Assembly: GCA_038087875.1 (NCBI GenBank)
Contig: CM075989.1
Coordinates: 8,186,001 to 8,250,000, forward strand
Source: Malacoraja senta
Lineage: Eukaryota
Length of the DNA stretch: 64,000 nucleotides
Direction: 5' to 3'
This document shows, in pieces, positions 49,922 through 63,575 of this stretch (position 1 is the first letter of the stretch; each line of letters begins with the position of its first letter). Both the position numbers and the translations under genes were made by a program. Under the pieces are notes generated by a model. That model was not told the DNA's origin, did not search any database, and worked only from the letters and a program-made list of their open reading frames with translations.

Positions 49922-51899
49922 GTCTAGTATTAGAGATTATTGGATTGGGCTTCCTGATCTCCATTCCTCTCTTTGAGGTCAGTACCCTGATACCATTTTG
50001 AATAAGATCATTGTTTGTAAATGTTCAAGTATTTACCCAATTCAATTTTTTAACAAAGATAAAGATTTAGCTCGTCCCATGTTTCGAGCTAAGCAATAAA
50101 GAAAAGGAAGTCTGGCTGGTTCTTCCCCTCTTTAACATTGTTGGAATTCTCCCAAATGATACTTAACAAGATAATCAAACTCAACACAAGCTACTGTCTG
50201 CAAGTCAAATATCTTAGTCAGCTGAACCGACATGGAAATATTTTGGAAAATGTTTCCTTAAACATGAGACTACAAGTCTGGTTTAAGCACCATGCACAAA
50301 CAGGAACAAAAATACACCCCAGATTTATGTTATTTATATCTTGTATTAGAATTTGAATATGTGCTAAATCTAATATTTTTGGTGTCATAATGCTGATCCA
50401 CGTATATATTAGCGCTGAATCTAACATATTAACACTTTATGAGTCAGCATTAAAGTATATGAAACTAATGTATCAGATGTAAATTTATCGCATTGGCTCC
50501 AGACTATTATAGATTAGTGATAGGAATGAAAGCAATGCATCAACCTAATTAAGACATAATCCTAATTAGAATTCTAGCATTTATTATAAGGGCTGAGTAG
50601 ACTTTTGATAGGCAAATAATGCATTTTGCAGAGTAATAGGATGTGCTTCCTTGTTGAGAAATGATTACCTCACACCGTTTGCAAACTAAAGCTAATACAA
50701 GTTACCATTTCATTTGAATTCTGTAATCTTTTAAAGTTAAATAAATGTACGACAGTTAAGACAAGAAAATGCCGAGAAAATCCCACTCTGACGACCAATA
50801 CTTTGGATGCTAATTGGATCTATGCTTCAGAAGGTGAATTGACATCTATTCTGATATTTTCCTTTATTTAGGTAGAACCATTGTGCATTCACTAGATACT
50901 CTCCCAATTGCTCTACTTAAATAAAAACATTCTGTATGACTTTGAAATTATACCGTACAATACTAGTGCATGAATACTTAGCAGATCTGTGATTTCTCTA
51001 CTATTTTAATAGAAGAAATCTAAAATTTGAATATCTTAATACAACAAATTAAACATCAGAAACAGAACTTTCATACAGAGACAATTTGCAGGGTGCACTT
51101 TTAAGCCCTTTAGGATTAATGGATAATTTGACTCGTCTTCTCAATCAATGGCATGCTATTTTGTCTCATCAATGCTATTCTCATTTTTAACAATCATAAT
51201 GTTCATATGAATTGCATAGCACCAATGTTTCATGTCACCTAGTGACTAATCTTGATTCTGCAAAGTAACGGGAGTAACAGTGGTAATGGTGTTAACCTAA
51301 GGGGTAACCTTCAGTGCTACTTTTTGACTTTGTGTTTGAGTTCAGTGGGTGGATTAAATGAAGATCCAAAGACCACAAATTATATTTGAATCAATATCTC
51401 CATTAACTGTTAGTAATGGGTTATAATATTCTGAGTAGGCATTCCACCACATGAGGCAAAAGCACTCAGAAATCTCCTTTCCAAAACTCCAATTACTTTC
51501 AACCATGACACCTAATAAGAAATATTATATTTCTGTACTCCAGTCAAGAAATACCACTTGCAGTATGAGGGAGTCAGAATTAAAACTACGATGTTTCCTT
51601 ATCAACTCTGACTCATTGCCTGGACCACAGAAAGCTAAATTATGCTAACAAACATAAATCAGACTGTGTTACCTTGACTTTGTGGATCATATGTATGAAC
51701 TGAAGAGCTATTTTAGAGTAATATTTCTCATGGCATTACATCTTGACTCAGTTTATGCCAAAATGACCTTGTTACAAGTGCGATTTTAAGATCAGTAGAC
51801 AGATTGGGAGTCTGCACCCTGGCTGACTTTCTCCTACCTTGCCTGCAGAGGTTAATTATAGACCTTTCCTAATGTTGATGGTTTAGTTCTATCTATTCT

Positions 51900-52160
51900 G
51901 CCTGATTCAGTATCATCTTTATACATACTAATGGTAAAGCCAAGAAGAAGGTAAGGGAACTCCTGTATGTTGATGATGCTGCACTCATTGCCCAATGGAA
52001 GAAGGACTTCAGGCGATGATGGACAGACTGTCTCATGCTTGCTATGAATACACAGTAACAAGCAGCGTTAAAAAGACTCTTGTCATGGGTCAGGGCACAC
52101 CACCTCCCCCCTGAAATCACCCTAAATACCACTCTTGGAGTATGTCAACAAATCCACATT
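51900..52160 (+). mobile_element. RTE RT fragment
   Basis: VRELLYVDDAALIA..VMGQGTPPPPEITLN..LEYVNK. Confidence 0.7.
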
Positions 52161-53329
52161 GCTACGAATGGGATAAAGTGTAATGAAGACAGTTGCTGTT
52201 ACGCCAGTTCTTTTAATCTTGAAAAGCAATTTGGTCAGTTACTGTGACTATATTTGCTTCCCATTTGTCAATTGTCGAGTGGCACAGTAGGATATCCTAC
52301 TCTCCCAAACTGCCAGAAAAAAGCTATAGAAAAATAAAATACTAACGTGAAAATGAAGCACACAAAAAAGACAAAAGAAAGTTCCACTGCTTAATTGCAT
52401 GAATCTTAATTCCACTTTGTTCCACTTGCATTAATTTAATCTATCTTGCAGAATTAAAAAGTTATGTGCATAACCTATTGATGGATCCTCAGATTTATCT
52501 GTTTAATGGTGGACCTGCTCTTCTGATCTGACTGTCAGATCAATGAGATTTAGGACAGCTGACTGTACCATTTAGTGACATGCAAATGTTAAAATACAGC
52601 ATGAAAAATTGATTGATTAATTTGAAGAGTTATGAATCAACCAGGCCCACTGTCGCAGTGCCAAATTGATTCTGTCTTTTTAGTGCTTGTCATTTCCTGC
52701 TTAATTTCATTCGGTTGGCACTAGAGACCTTAATACAATTAAGACAGTTGTAAAATTAGCAATCTTCAAAGAAATAAAAGGGGTTGCGGAGGGGAACAGA
52801 AATCAATCTCGCTTTGCAACCCATTAATGTAAGCATTTGCATTCTAAACATAATCAAGCAAAATGATAAAATGTTGAAAAGTAAGTACTTTTATGTCTTT
52901 TATGAATATCTTGTAGTTGAGTTCTCAGATCGACAATGATATTGATGCTCAAGCAGGATCCAGTAAAGGCAAAAATATTGACAGCAATCAGCCAAAGACT
53001 AATTTAAAGTTTCTCTTAAGATGCTTTCGTGTTTACTTATATTAGTGGTAATAGTGCCACTTGCTTTCAAAATACGAGAATAGCACAGCCATAATAGCCA
53101 TAATAGTAAATTTACAGATTTATTCAGTTGAATACTTAACTTTGACTGGCTTTTGGATTCAGCATTCTCCCAGCTTCATGAGACTTGTGCCATAACATTG
53201 GATCTTCACAAAAAGCTTATATAAAGCACCAAGATTCATGTATGGCAACATAATGGGCCTGTCCCACTTAGGAAGAAGAAAGGGAGAGACAGTAGGCTGA
53301 GGGAGAGCTGAGAAGGGGATCTATCATCT

Positions 53330-53812
53330 ATCCTCATCTATTGCATCTGCTGCTCTGGATGTCAGCTGCTCTACATCGGTGAGACCAAGCGTAGGCTTGG
53401 CGATCGCTTAGCCGAGCACCTCCACTCGGTTCCCAATAACCAACCTGATCTCCCAGTTGCTCAGCACTTCAACTCCCCCTCCCATTCCGAATACGATCTT
53501 TCTGTCCTGGGCCTCCTCCATGGCCAGAGTAAGGACCACGGTAAATTGGAGGAGCAGCACCTCATATTTCGCTTGGGCAGTTTGCACCCCAGCGGTATGA
53601 ACATTGACTTCTCTAATTTCAGGTAGTACCTACTTTCTCCTCACCTTCTCAGCTCTCCCTCAACCCACTGGTTCCACCTCTTCCTTTCTTCTTAGCGCCC
53701 CCCCACCCTCGCATCAGTCTGAAGAAGGGTTTCGACCCGAAACGTTGCCTATTTCCTTCGCTCCATAGATGCTGCCTCACCTGCTGAGTTTCTCCAGCAT
53801 TTTTGTCTACCT
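53330..53812 (+). mobile_element. Penelope 3' fragment (GIY-YIG plus pLTR with intact hammerhead core)
   Basis: CQLLYIGETKRRLGDRLAEHL..MNIDFSNFR; CTGAAGA-AGGGT-TTCG-ACCC-GAAACGTT at 53719-53746. Confidence 0.9.
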
Positions 53813-54934
53813 TAAATTTGATTTTATGATCTGTAGAGGCTTTTTTTTGCATCTGTAACCATAGGTGTATTAATGCAATTGAAAGCATGAAAGAAAAGGG
53901 ATACAATATTTGGGTCATATCTCTGGTAGGATCATGTGTGTCTTGAATCAGGCACCAGATGATGCTTGCAATGATGCAACGATGAGTTGCTTTGTGAGAC
54001 TGATTTCCCTACCTTCACTTCTCTCTCCAATCAACCCTATTCCCTTCCCTACATCACAATTTCCAACCACACACATGATCATTTCCTTGAGGATTGTTCA
54101 ATTTTACACCTTTATTCATTAAGGTTTCAGTGCCAAAGGTGTGAATTAGGAAATAACAAGCCTAGCTAGACAGAATAAATTTGGCACGCCTAAATTGGAC
54201 CTGGTTGATTCTCAGCTCTTAAAAATTGCAAGTTTAAGATAGTATTATTGGATCGTATTGCAAATACAAGCAGATCAAGATAATCTGAATTGGAACAGAT
54301 TAAAGTTTCAGATGGGACCCAAAAACAATTCTGATGAAAGGTTCACTAGCCATTACAGCTGAAAGAAAGATAAATTTTAATTTCCAGATCAGTCTAAATC
54401 AGTCAAAATTAGCTTTTAATTATTAGATTCACAAATTTGAAAAAAAAAACAATTTTGCAAAATCGGCTGTTTCATAAGGTTTAGATTATGTACTCCATCT
54501 ACTGACACTGGAGAAAGCATTGATATTGTCTATAAATCTGCCTCTTGTACAATATACACTTTAAAAAAATTATGAATCCATAAAAAAGTAAATGGGATTG
54601 TACCAGTATTGTTCCCATTACAATATTATTTTAAACACAAATATAGTGCATAAAGTTATGCACTTCTCCCCATCTTGCCCATGTCCAAACCAGAATTCCA
54701 GAATTATGATCTTTAATCCATCCCAGCTGTCTTTAGAAACCTCCTCACCTCAGTGGTCATTCTTCACCTGGTGGCTTTGATAGTGAGAGTCAGTATTAGA
54801 TTTGGAGGAGGAACCTCTGAACTAAATTCTGCCCACGATGAACATCCAGAGAGGTTGTTTCTTTTTGGATATGTGCATTGCTGACAAAGTCAGCATTTAT
54901 TGCCCTAACTTAATGAGAGTAAGGTATAAACTTG

Positions 54935-57456
54935 TTTAAGAAAGAACTGCAGATGCTGGAAAAATAGGTAGACAAAAATGCTGGAGGAACTCAGCGGGTG
55001 AGGCAGCATCTATGGAGAGAAGGAATAGGTGATGTTTCGGCTTGAGACCCTTCTTCAGACTGATGTCGGAGATGGGGGGGGTGGGGGAAGGAAGAGGAGG
55101 AGACAGTAGGCTCGTGGGATAGCTGGGAGGAGAAGGAGGGAGAAAGCAAGGACTATCTGAAATTTGAGAAGTCAATGTTCATACCGCTGCGGTGTAAACT
55201 ACCCAAGCGAAATATGAGGTGCTGTTCCTCCAATTTGCGCTGGGCCTCACTCTGGCAATGGAGGAGGCCCCGGACAGAAAGGTCAGATTTGGAATGGGAG
55301 GGGGAGTTGAAGTGCTGAGCAACCGGGAGATCAGGTTGGTTAGTGTGAACTGGGCGGAGGTGTTGGGCGAAGCAATCACTGAGCCTGCGTTTGGTCTCGC
55401 CGATGAAGAGAAGTTGACACCTGGAACAGCGGATGCAGTAGATGAGGTTGGAGGAGGTGCAGGTGAACCTGTGCCTCACCTGGAAAGACTGCTTGGGTCC
55501 TTGGATGGAGTCGAGGGGGGAGGTAGAGTGACAAGTTTTGCATTTCCTGCGGTTGCAAGGGAGAGTACCCGGGGAGGGGTGGTATGGGTGGGAAGGGACG
55601 AATTGACCAGGGAGTTATGGAGGGAACGGTCTCCGCAGAAAGCAGAAAGGGGAGGAGATGGGAAGATGTGGCCAGTGGTAGGATCCTGTTGGAGGTGGCG
55701 AAAATGCCGGAGGATTATATGTTGCATGCGACGGCTGATGGGGTGGAAGGTGAGGACAAGGGGGACTCTGTCCTTGTTACGAGTAGAGGGATGGGGAGTA
55801 AGAGCAGAGCTGCTGTTCCACCGAACTTATTTCCACATACCTCGACTCCATCCTATCCCCTCTGGTCATGTCCCTCCCCACCTATGTCCAAAACACCTCA
55901 CACGCTCTTCGTTTCCTTCATGACTTCTGTTTTCCAAGCCCCTACTCCCTCATCTTCCCTATGGATGTCCAGTCACTCTACTCCTCCATCCCCCACCAGT
56001 AGGGTCTTAAAGCTTTCCGTTTCTTCCTCGACCGAAGAACCAACCAATCTCCGTCTACTAATACTCTTCTCCGCCTAGTGGAGCTGGTCCTTACTCTCAA
56101 CAACTTTTCCTTTGTCTCCTCCCATTTCCTCCAAATCCAAGGCGTAGCTATGGGCACGCGCATGGGCCTCAGCTATGCCTGCCTCTTTGTAGGGTACGTC
56201 GAACAATCCCTGTTCTAGGCATACCGTGGCTCTATACCCTGAACTCTACCTCCGCTACATTGACGACTGCATTGGTGCTACCTCCTGCACCCATGCAGAA
56301 CTCACTGAATTCATCCATTTCACCCTTAATTTCCATCCGGCATTCAAATTCACCTGGACCCTTTCCGACATCTCCCTACCGTTTCTAGATCCCACCATCT
56401 CCATCGCAAACAACAGACTACTTACCGACGTCTACTACAAACCCACTGACTTCTAGCTACCTTGACTACACTTCTTCCCACCCTGCTTCCTGTAAGGACT
56501 CTCTCTCCTACTCCCAATGCCTCAGCCTATGTCACATCTCCACCCAGGATGAAGTGGTCCAGATCAGGGCATCGGAAATGTCCTCACTCTTTAGGGAACG
56601 GAGGTTCCCTTCTTCTATTATAGATGAGGCTCTCACCAGGGTCTCCTCTATATCCCGCAGCTCCGCTCTTACTCTCCATCCCCCTACTCGTAACAAGGAC
56701 AGAGTCCCCCTTGTCCTCATCTTCCACCCCATCAGCCGTCGAATACAACATATAATCCTCTGACATTTTCGCCACCTCCAACGGGATCCTACCATTGGCC
56801 ACATCTTCCCATCTCCCTTGTCAATTCGTCCCTTCCCACCCCCTCCCCGGGTACTTTCCCTTGCAACCGCAGGAAATGCTACACTTGTCGCTTTACCTCC
56901 CCCCTCGACTCCATTCAAGGACCCAAGCAGTCTTTCCAGGTGATGCAGAGGTTCACCTGCAACTCCTCCAACCTCATCTACTGTTCCAGGTGTCAACTTC
57001 CCTACATCGGCGAGACCAAGCGCAGGCTCGGCGATCGCTTCGCCCAACACCTCCGCTCAGTTCACACTAACCAACCTGATCTCCTGGTGGCTCAGCACTT
57101 CAACACCCCCTCCCATTCCGAATCTGACCTTTCTGTCCTGGGCCTCCTCCATTGCCAAAGTGAGGCCCAGCGCAAATTGGAGGAACAGCACCTCATATTT
57201 TGCTTAGGTAGTTTACACCCCAGCAGTATGAACATTGACTTCTCCAATTTCAGATAGTCCTTGCTTTCTCCCTCTTTCCCCTCCACCTTCTTAGCTCTCC
57301 CGCAAGCCTACTGTCTCCTCCTCTTCGTTTCTTTTTCCTTTCCCCTCCCCCCCGACATCAGTCTGAAGAAGGGTCTCAACCTGAAACGTCATCTATTCCT
57401 TCTCTCCATAGATACTGCCTCACCCGCTGAGTTCCTCCAGCATTTTTGTCTACCTC
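54935..57456. mobile_element. Penelope-like element with inverted 5' copy (RT plus GIY-YIG, disrupted)
   Basis: Minus copy 54935-55813, plus copy 55814-57456 with MDVQSLY, GVAMGT.MG, YLRYIDD and GIY-YIG; TSD AG(G/C)TATAAACTTG at 54922-54934 and 57457-57469. Confidence 0.93.
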
Positions 57457-58252
57457 AGCTATAAACTTGAACCATTTTGGTCTTCTGTTAAAGGCACACC
57501 ACTGATCTCTTGACTAGAGAGAACTATGATACATTTGTAAATCAGAATGGTGTAGTCATAGCCTTGACAAGTACCCACAGTGCACTTGGTAGATGATAAT
57601 GCACAGTGAACATCTGATAGTGAATATGAACTGAGGACACTGGTGGCTTTTCAATTCACTAGCTAAAGTTGTAGTGCTAGTTCCAAACCCCAGCAAGTAT
57701 TATCAAGGGTCTGTGCAGCCTGTTTGTACTGTATTCACAGGACAACTATAAGTAAATAATAGTTAGTAATTTGAAAAAGAAAGCCAAAACATCACTGAAC
57801 CAATTTGGTTGCACAGCTTTGTAGTGCAGTATGTAATTATTCAAAATGTTCACGAGGATGGATCATATTGTCCATTATAACTGAAGTCATTTGAATAATT
57901 TTGTAATAAGATGCTGTGAAATTCAAACTTGCAGTTATTTTCTTATCCTTGCCCTTTAATTAATGCGGACATCAGTATGTGTTTTCAGCATCCATCATGA
58001 TTCTCATAAATTAATTGACTCGCACCATTGATGCTCAAACATATTTTAAATAAGTAAAGGTGATGAAATTCAATAAAAATAGGAGAGCAACTTCTAAATT
58101 GTGTGATTTACAATACAAGTTTTTCAGGAACAAAAATCATTCGGTTCCACAGCTCCACAGGAGGTCTGGAGTATGTTTATTTGCACCATACATCAGATAA
58201 ATTTAGTAAAAATAACAATTTAATGTTGGGTTGTGGTATAATACCCCATGTG

Positions 58253-61200
58253 AAATAGTAAGATTAAACGAGAACTTACCAAGTTTGAAGTTTGATCTTT
58301 ATTTTATGAGGAGTTACGTTGGTGATTACGTGAAGACGACCCGTCAGGGCGCATGCGCGTCAATCTTCAAAGCAGCGGTATGAAATCACAGATAACACAA
58401 TATTTGAAGTAACATATTAAGATGAGCAACATGAGAACTACCATATGACCTTTTTTATGAGAGAGGATTGGGCATGGCGGGCACGTAATCACCAACGTAA
58501 CTCCTCATAAAATAAAGATCAAACTTCAAACTTGGTAAGTTCTCGTTTAATCTTACTATTTTACTTCGGAGTCACGTTAGTGACTACGTGAAGGGTTCAA
58601 AGCTCTGTGATTTTATGCCGCAGATCCAAATCCTGGCTTCTCACTGCATTGATTGACTTTCGATGAGAAACAATCAATAATGCGTTAAACATGAAATGTG
58701 AATATCATGCAGTAACAATTGATTTGAATAATCAAAACAACCAGTAACCCCTCTATCCCAGGGGAAACTAAACAGGATTTAATCCTGAATTTACAAACAG
58801 CCTCTCACCGATTGGCAATCAGCCGATAGTAAAAAAAATTTAAACAATTCATTTGACCACCCGGCACCTGTAAGAATATGGCCGATGTGAACATCCATCG
58901 CCCTAGCTGACGACGTTGCTGCTGCACTAGTGGAAAAGGATATATACACTTCAGTGTTAATACCTGCCTGAATCAACATTTGCTTTAAACCACCTTGAGA
59001 TAGTCTGCACTGACATTCTCCTATGTGGCAACATGTAACTAATAAACAATGCTGTTTCCACATTTCTTAAGGTCTTTATAGCTTCAATATAATGAAAATA
59101 AATGTGCCATTACACATAAACATGGATCAGTAGATTATGCTGAAACACAATTTTAACAAACCTGTGACACCTGGCCTGCTCTGTTTGAGCAGGACGCAAA
59201 TATATAACATAACATTCTCTTCAGCAACTTCCATCCTGTCTAGCAGAAGCTTTTGCAAACTCTGCACTTGCTATGCTGAACCAATGCCATGAGCATAACC
59301 ACTTTCATGATTAGTTTGGCAAATTCAGAGACATGACAGGAACCTACTGTCGAAGCATCTTGAGGACCACACTTACATCCCAGATCGTCATATACCTGGG
59401 TTAAGGAGGTTTAGAGTTGAAATTCCTTTCATCAAATTCAGCTCTGATATGATGAAATTCAGCTCTGATATGATGAAACCCAATAGGATCTTTCCTAACC
59501 CCATCAAAACCATACGAGGACAAAGCACTTAAAGCTGTATTAATGGAGCTATAACTGAGCCCCTCATCATCGTAGAGTGTCAACAGGAACTCTAAAATAT
59601 CCACAATACCTGCAGTACTATAGTCAATATTATTTTGTACACAATATTGCTCCCATTTTTTTTAACATAAGTAATATACCCCTTTTGAGTACTCTTTCTC
59701 CAGGCTACAGTGAGCATGTCCACCGTTCACCCAGACAGTCCTTGCTCCAGGTATGGCCTTCTTAAAACCTGCAAATTAACAAGTCAATACTATCACATAA
59801 CAGATGACTTTCCCGTGTTAGCGGATGCTCCAGTAAATTCCTACGCTTGGGAACCACCAAAAAGAGGTTGGATCCCTAACTGTAACATCAAAGGGAACCA
59901 TGCTTGATTCGGCCAATTAGGTATTACAAGCACCCCCAAAGCGGCATCCTGCTTGATTTCTTGCAGACTCCGACCTATTAGGCAAAATGGTAGGAAAATA
60001 TATAAAACATACCACCCCAATGTAACGTCAAAGTATCAATTGCAACTGCCACCTGGTCTGGTTCCCATGAAACCTATTTAGGCTGCTGATGGTTGAACCT
60101 TGATGCAAAACAAATCGATATCTGTCATTCATATATAAGTACTATATTATTGAACACCTCCTGGTTCAACATCCAATCCATGTTGTCATGGAACTTTCGT
60201 GACTTGGCGTCTGCTACTATGTAGAATCTACCTGGTAGATAAATATCTGAAATATATTTTTCAATGCACCAGGCCCAAATTTGATTAGCCAATCTGTCAC
60301 AAAATACCGACTTGATTCCACCGATGTGATTAATATATATGCCACTTGCGTAGTATTGTCAATCTGAAACTGAACATGCAGATCACATTTGTTAGAGCAA
60401 TAAGCCTCTTAATAATTAATTGCCCATGCCTGCAGAAGTGATCCCTCTTGCTCAGTCCATCTGCCTCCACAGCTGAAACTCGTATCCGTGACACCCCACC
60501 CGAGTGCACTGACATTCATCTGCAAAATCATGGAAGGCTGGTCAAGCATTACCTTGCTATAACTTCTGGACACATGGTGAATCCACCATTGCAAATCAGA
60601 AATAGCCTTTACTGATAACTGCATAGGTCTATTATAATGACCTGATTGTATCCTTAATGCCTCCATTAGCTTGATACACCTGTCAATTAGCTCTACCCTT
60701 TTTTCCCTGGGCAGAGTCACTTAATTGAATCAATTCTGACCCAAATAGTCAGGTGTTAATTTGGATTCCTCTGGATGAATAATGCCCAATCTTTGAAAAT
60801 TGGATTTAACAACTATCACCTGTTACTTCAGCTGTTCTCTTGGATACCCCTATATTCAGGATATCATCGAGATAAGCCATGAGCACCTGACCCTGGCCTC
60901 TCAGCATGCCTATTATAGGTTTTAACAATTTTGTTGCCATAGTTGATCCATCCAGGTGAATTTCAAATATCCTTATCCTGCAAATAAACAGACATTGAGT
61001 AATGCGCATCTTTAAGGTCTATAGTTGCCATATAGTATCCTCTTGACCCAGTTGCTTGGCAGTGACAATTCCATCTTACAATGTCTATACTATATCCCCC
61101 ATCCTTTTTTGGCCTGGGAAAATATTAGACACAAATTGATGGGGTTGGTGAACCAACTTTACCATTACACCTTTAACACATAAGCTTGCAAGCGCAGTCT

Positions 61201-63052
61201 GAACATCCATCTGTTCTGTTAATGAAAACTGAATAGTTCTCCCAAGAACATGCTGAATGTGCAACTCACAATTTGGATTGAAATCCATTCGAAACCTTTG
61301 AATAACACTCTGTATAAACAGAGCTAAGGTAATTTGCTTCCATTCATCCCAGAAACAGATGTAATGTACCCCAGATTTAAGTTGTGTCACATTTGATATG
61401 TGCACCTGAGAACCAGGCCCACCTACCTCCTTGGTACCTGGTGGATGACGTTGTCCCCGGCTCCTTGGTGGGAAAGCCAATGTTTGACCATGTTCCCGCT
61501 TAGTTTGTCGGTGTACTTTCTTTTTTGGAAACTTGCCGACTGTGGGTGGCTTGGACAAGCCCACCGTCTTTGCCTCGTCATCCATATCCTTGACACACTT
61601 GGCGAGGTCCTCTCCGAAGAGTAGGTTGGCCGGCTGTATGTTGCTAGGCTGGAAAAATACTGCAATCTTGGAATTAATGGTGGGCCGAATGGTACTTTCC
61701 CTGAGACAATTTATCTAAAAAATGGGTGCTACAAAGCAACCCTAGTACCTCTTGCTGCATCTTCGACACATGCCCTCCATCCACCGTTCTCGCGAACGCC
61801 GTGATTCCTGAGGCAAGTAATTTCAGGATTCTCTGCAGCTTCATCTCCTGGGCACTGCACGCCCACGCCCATCTGGCTCCATATCACCCGGTTCACTGCT
61901 GGCACCTTCTGCAACTCGCAGTTACCCCGTCTCTTGGTAATTCCAGACTTCGACAGGACAGCGAATCGTACTGCCAGAGAATGGACCTCTGACAACGGCC
62001 GTTCTTCGCTATTCAACAAAGTCTCCGTTAGAGTCGGGTCAGAACTGAGCTGACCCTATCGTGGAGGCCAGCTCTTCTCCCAGTGGCACTCCATACTCTG
62101 ACTGGACAGCGAATCGTGCTGCCAGAGAATGGACCTCTGACAACGGCCGTTCTTCGCTAATTTCCAAGTCTCCGTCAGAGTCGGGGTCAGAACTTAGCTG
62201 ACCCTCTGCACTCACCTCATGCATGAGGGTGCTTTAAGCAGCCCTCTACCAGGTGCTGCCGGCGTGGCCTTTCTGCAGCCTACCGCCCACACGACTCCTC
62301 CCCGGAGTGTGCGTTTCTGGAGCAACCTCTGGATGAGGTGCTCCATTTGGGAGAACCGTTTAAAAACGTCTCCAGCCCCGTACAGGCTCGTTGTGGCCCG
62401 ACTCAGTTGAGTCCTAGGGCCTCCCAGACTTCCCCGTGCCTTACACCCGACTGGCGTTGGCTTTGGTGCTTTTTAGCAGTCAGTCTGAAGTCGCCCCGCT
62501 CCTGGTCGGCGTTGGCTTTGGTACTTTTTAGCACTCAGTCTGAAGTCGCCCCGCTCCCGGTCGGCGACTGTGCAGGGGTACGAGGCAGCCGCTGACAGAC
62601 CGCATTCCCGCGGCTCTCCTATGCTTTACCTGCGGCTGCCCTCCCCCTGCTCGTCTTCATCATGGTGCCTGTAATAAAAAACACAGAGCACCACAAAAAA
62701 GAAACGTTTCCCTCCAGCTAAATTTCCCACTTAGCTGGAGCTTTAAAACTATAAAAGTACTTTAAAAGTACTTGCTACAGGAGGAGCTCTGTCCTCCCCT
62801 GCTCGTCTTCACCATGGTGCTGCCTGTGACAAAACACAGAGCACAGCACCACAGTAAAGGAAACGTTTTTACTCCAGCTAAGTTTCTCACTTAGCTGGAG
62901 CTATAAAACTCTTTAAAATTACTCTAAAAGTACTTACCACGGGAGGAGCTCTGTCCTCCCACTGTCCGTGCGCCAATGCGACCGACGTAATGACGCGCAT
63001 GCGCCCTGACGGGTCTTCTTCACGTAGTCACTAACGTGACTCCGAAGTAAAA
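58253..63052 (-). mobile_element. DIRS1-like tyrosine-recombinase retrotransposon, full-length structure, decayed ORFs
   Basis: Inverted terminal repeats (ITRs) with extensions and internal complementary region (ICR) 58482-58593; gag-like (~61400-62663), RT MAYLDDIL, RNase H (SALGWG), methyltransferase-like (DIDLFAS..PNWPNQAWFP ~59890-60130), YR (ILEFL..LSYSSINTA; AAATS..AGWS ~58800-59720). Confidence 0.93.
61955..62204. repeat. About 100-bp block duplicated at ~150-bp spacing in DIRS gag region; further ~55-bp duplication at 62453-62567
   Basis: ggacagcgaatcgt.ctgccagagaatggacctctgacaacggccgttcttcgcta present twice. Confidence 0.9.
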
Positions 63053-63279
63053 TTCAATCTGGCAACAATTAACTATAGGTTGGTGAGACTTCTATCAATG
63101 GTAGGGAAATTATTGGAGAACTTTTTAAGGGAGAGGATTTATGTACATTTATAAAGCAAGGTGTTGATCATGGAATATCAGCTTGTCTTTAGCACCTGTG
63201 GCTGAGAGGAGAAAGGGACAATATCTAATTAGAAATTGCACTGTGACTCAAAAGGGTCATTCAAGCAACATTGCTTAGA

Positions 63280-63575
63280 GGTAGTCAATAGTCAATTTTA
63301 TTCGTCACATACACCCAAAGGTGCAGTGAAATGAATTTGCCAGCAGCGGTACAATTTAAAAAAAACCCACAAAACACAATTAGATTTAACGCAAACATCC
63401 ACCACAGCATTCTACACTGTGGTGGAAGGCACAAAGTTCAGTCAGTCCTCCTTGTTCACCCGTGGTCGGGGCCATAAACCTCCGCAGTCGCCGCTACGGA
63501 CGGCCAGATGTACAGGCCCTCTTGTCGGGACAATCGAACACACTCCGCGGCTTGGAGGTCCCGAATTGGCGCAAT
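63280..63575 (-). mobile_element. 3' part of GC-rich non-autonomous retroposon with Rex1-type tail
   Basis: Core block shared with the 12.8 kb and 16.6 kb elements; tail ttcactgcacc..gtatgtgacgaataaaattgactattgac. Confidence 0.6.

Noticed and set aside
55219..55923. 234-aa plus-strand ORF
   Set aside because: Antisense shadow of the Penelope ORF
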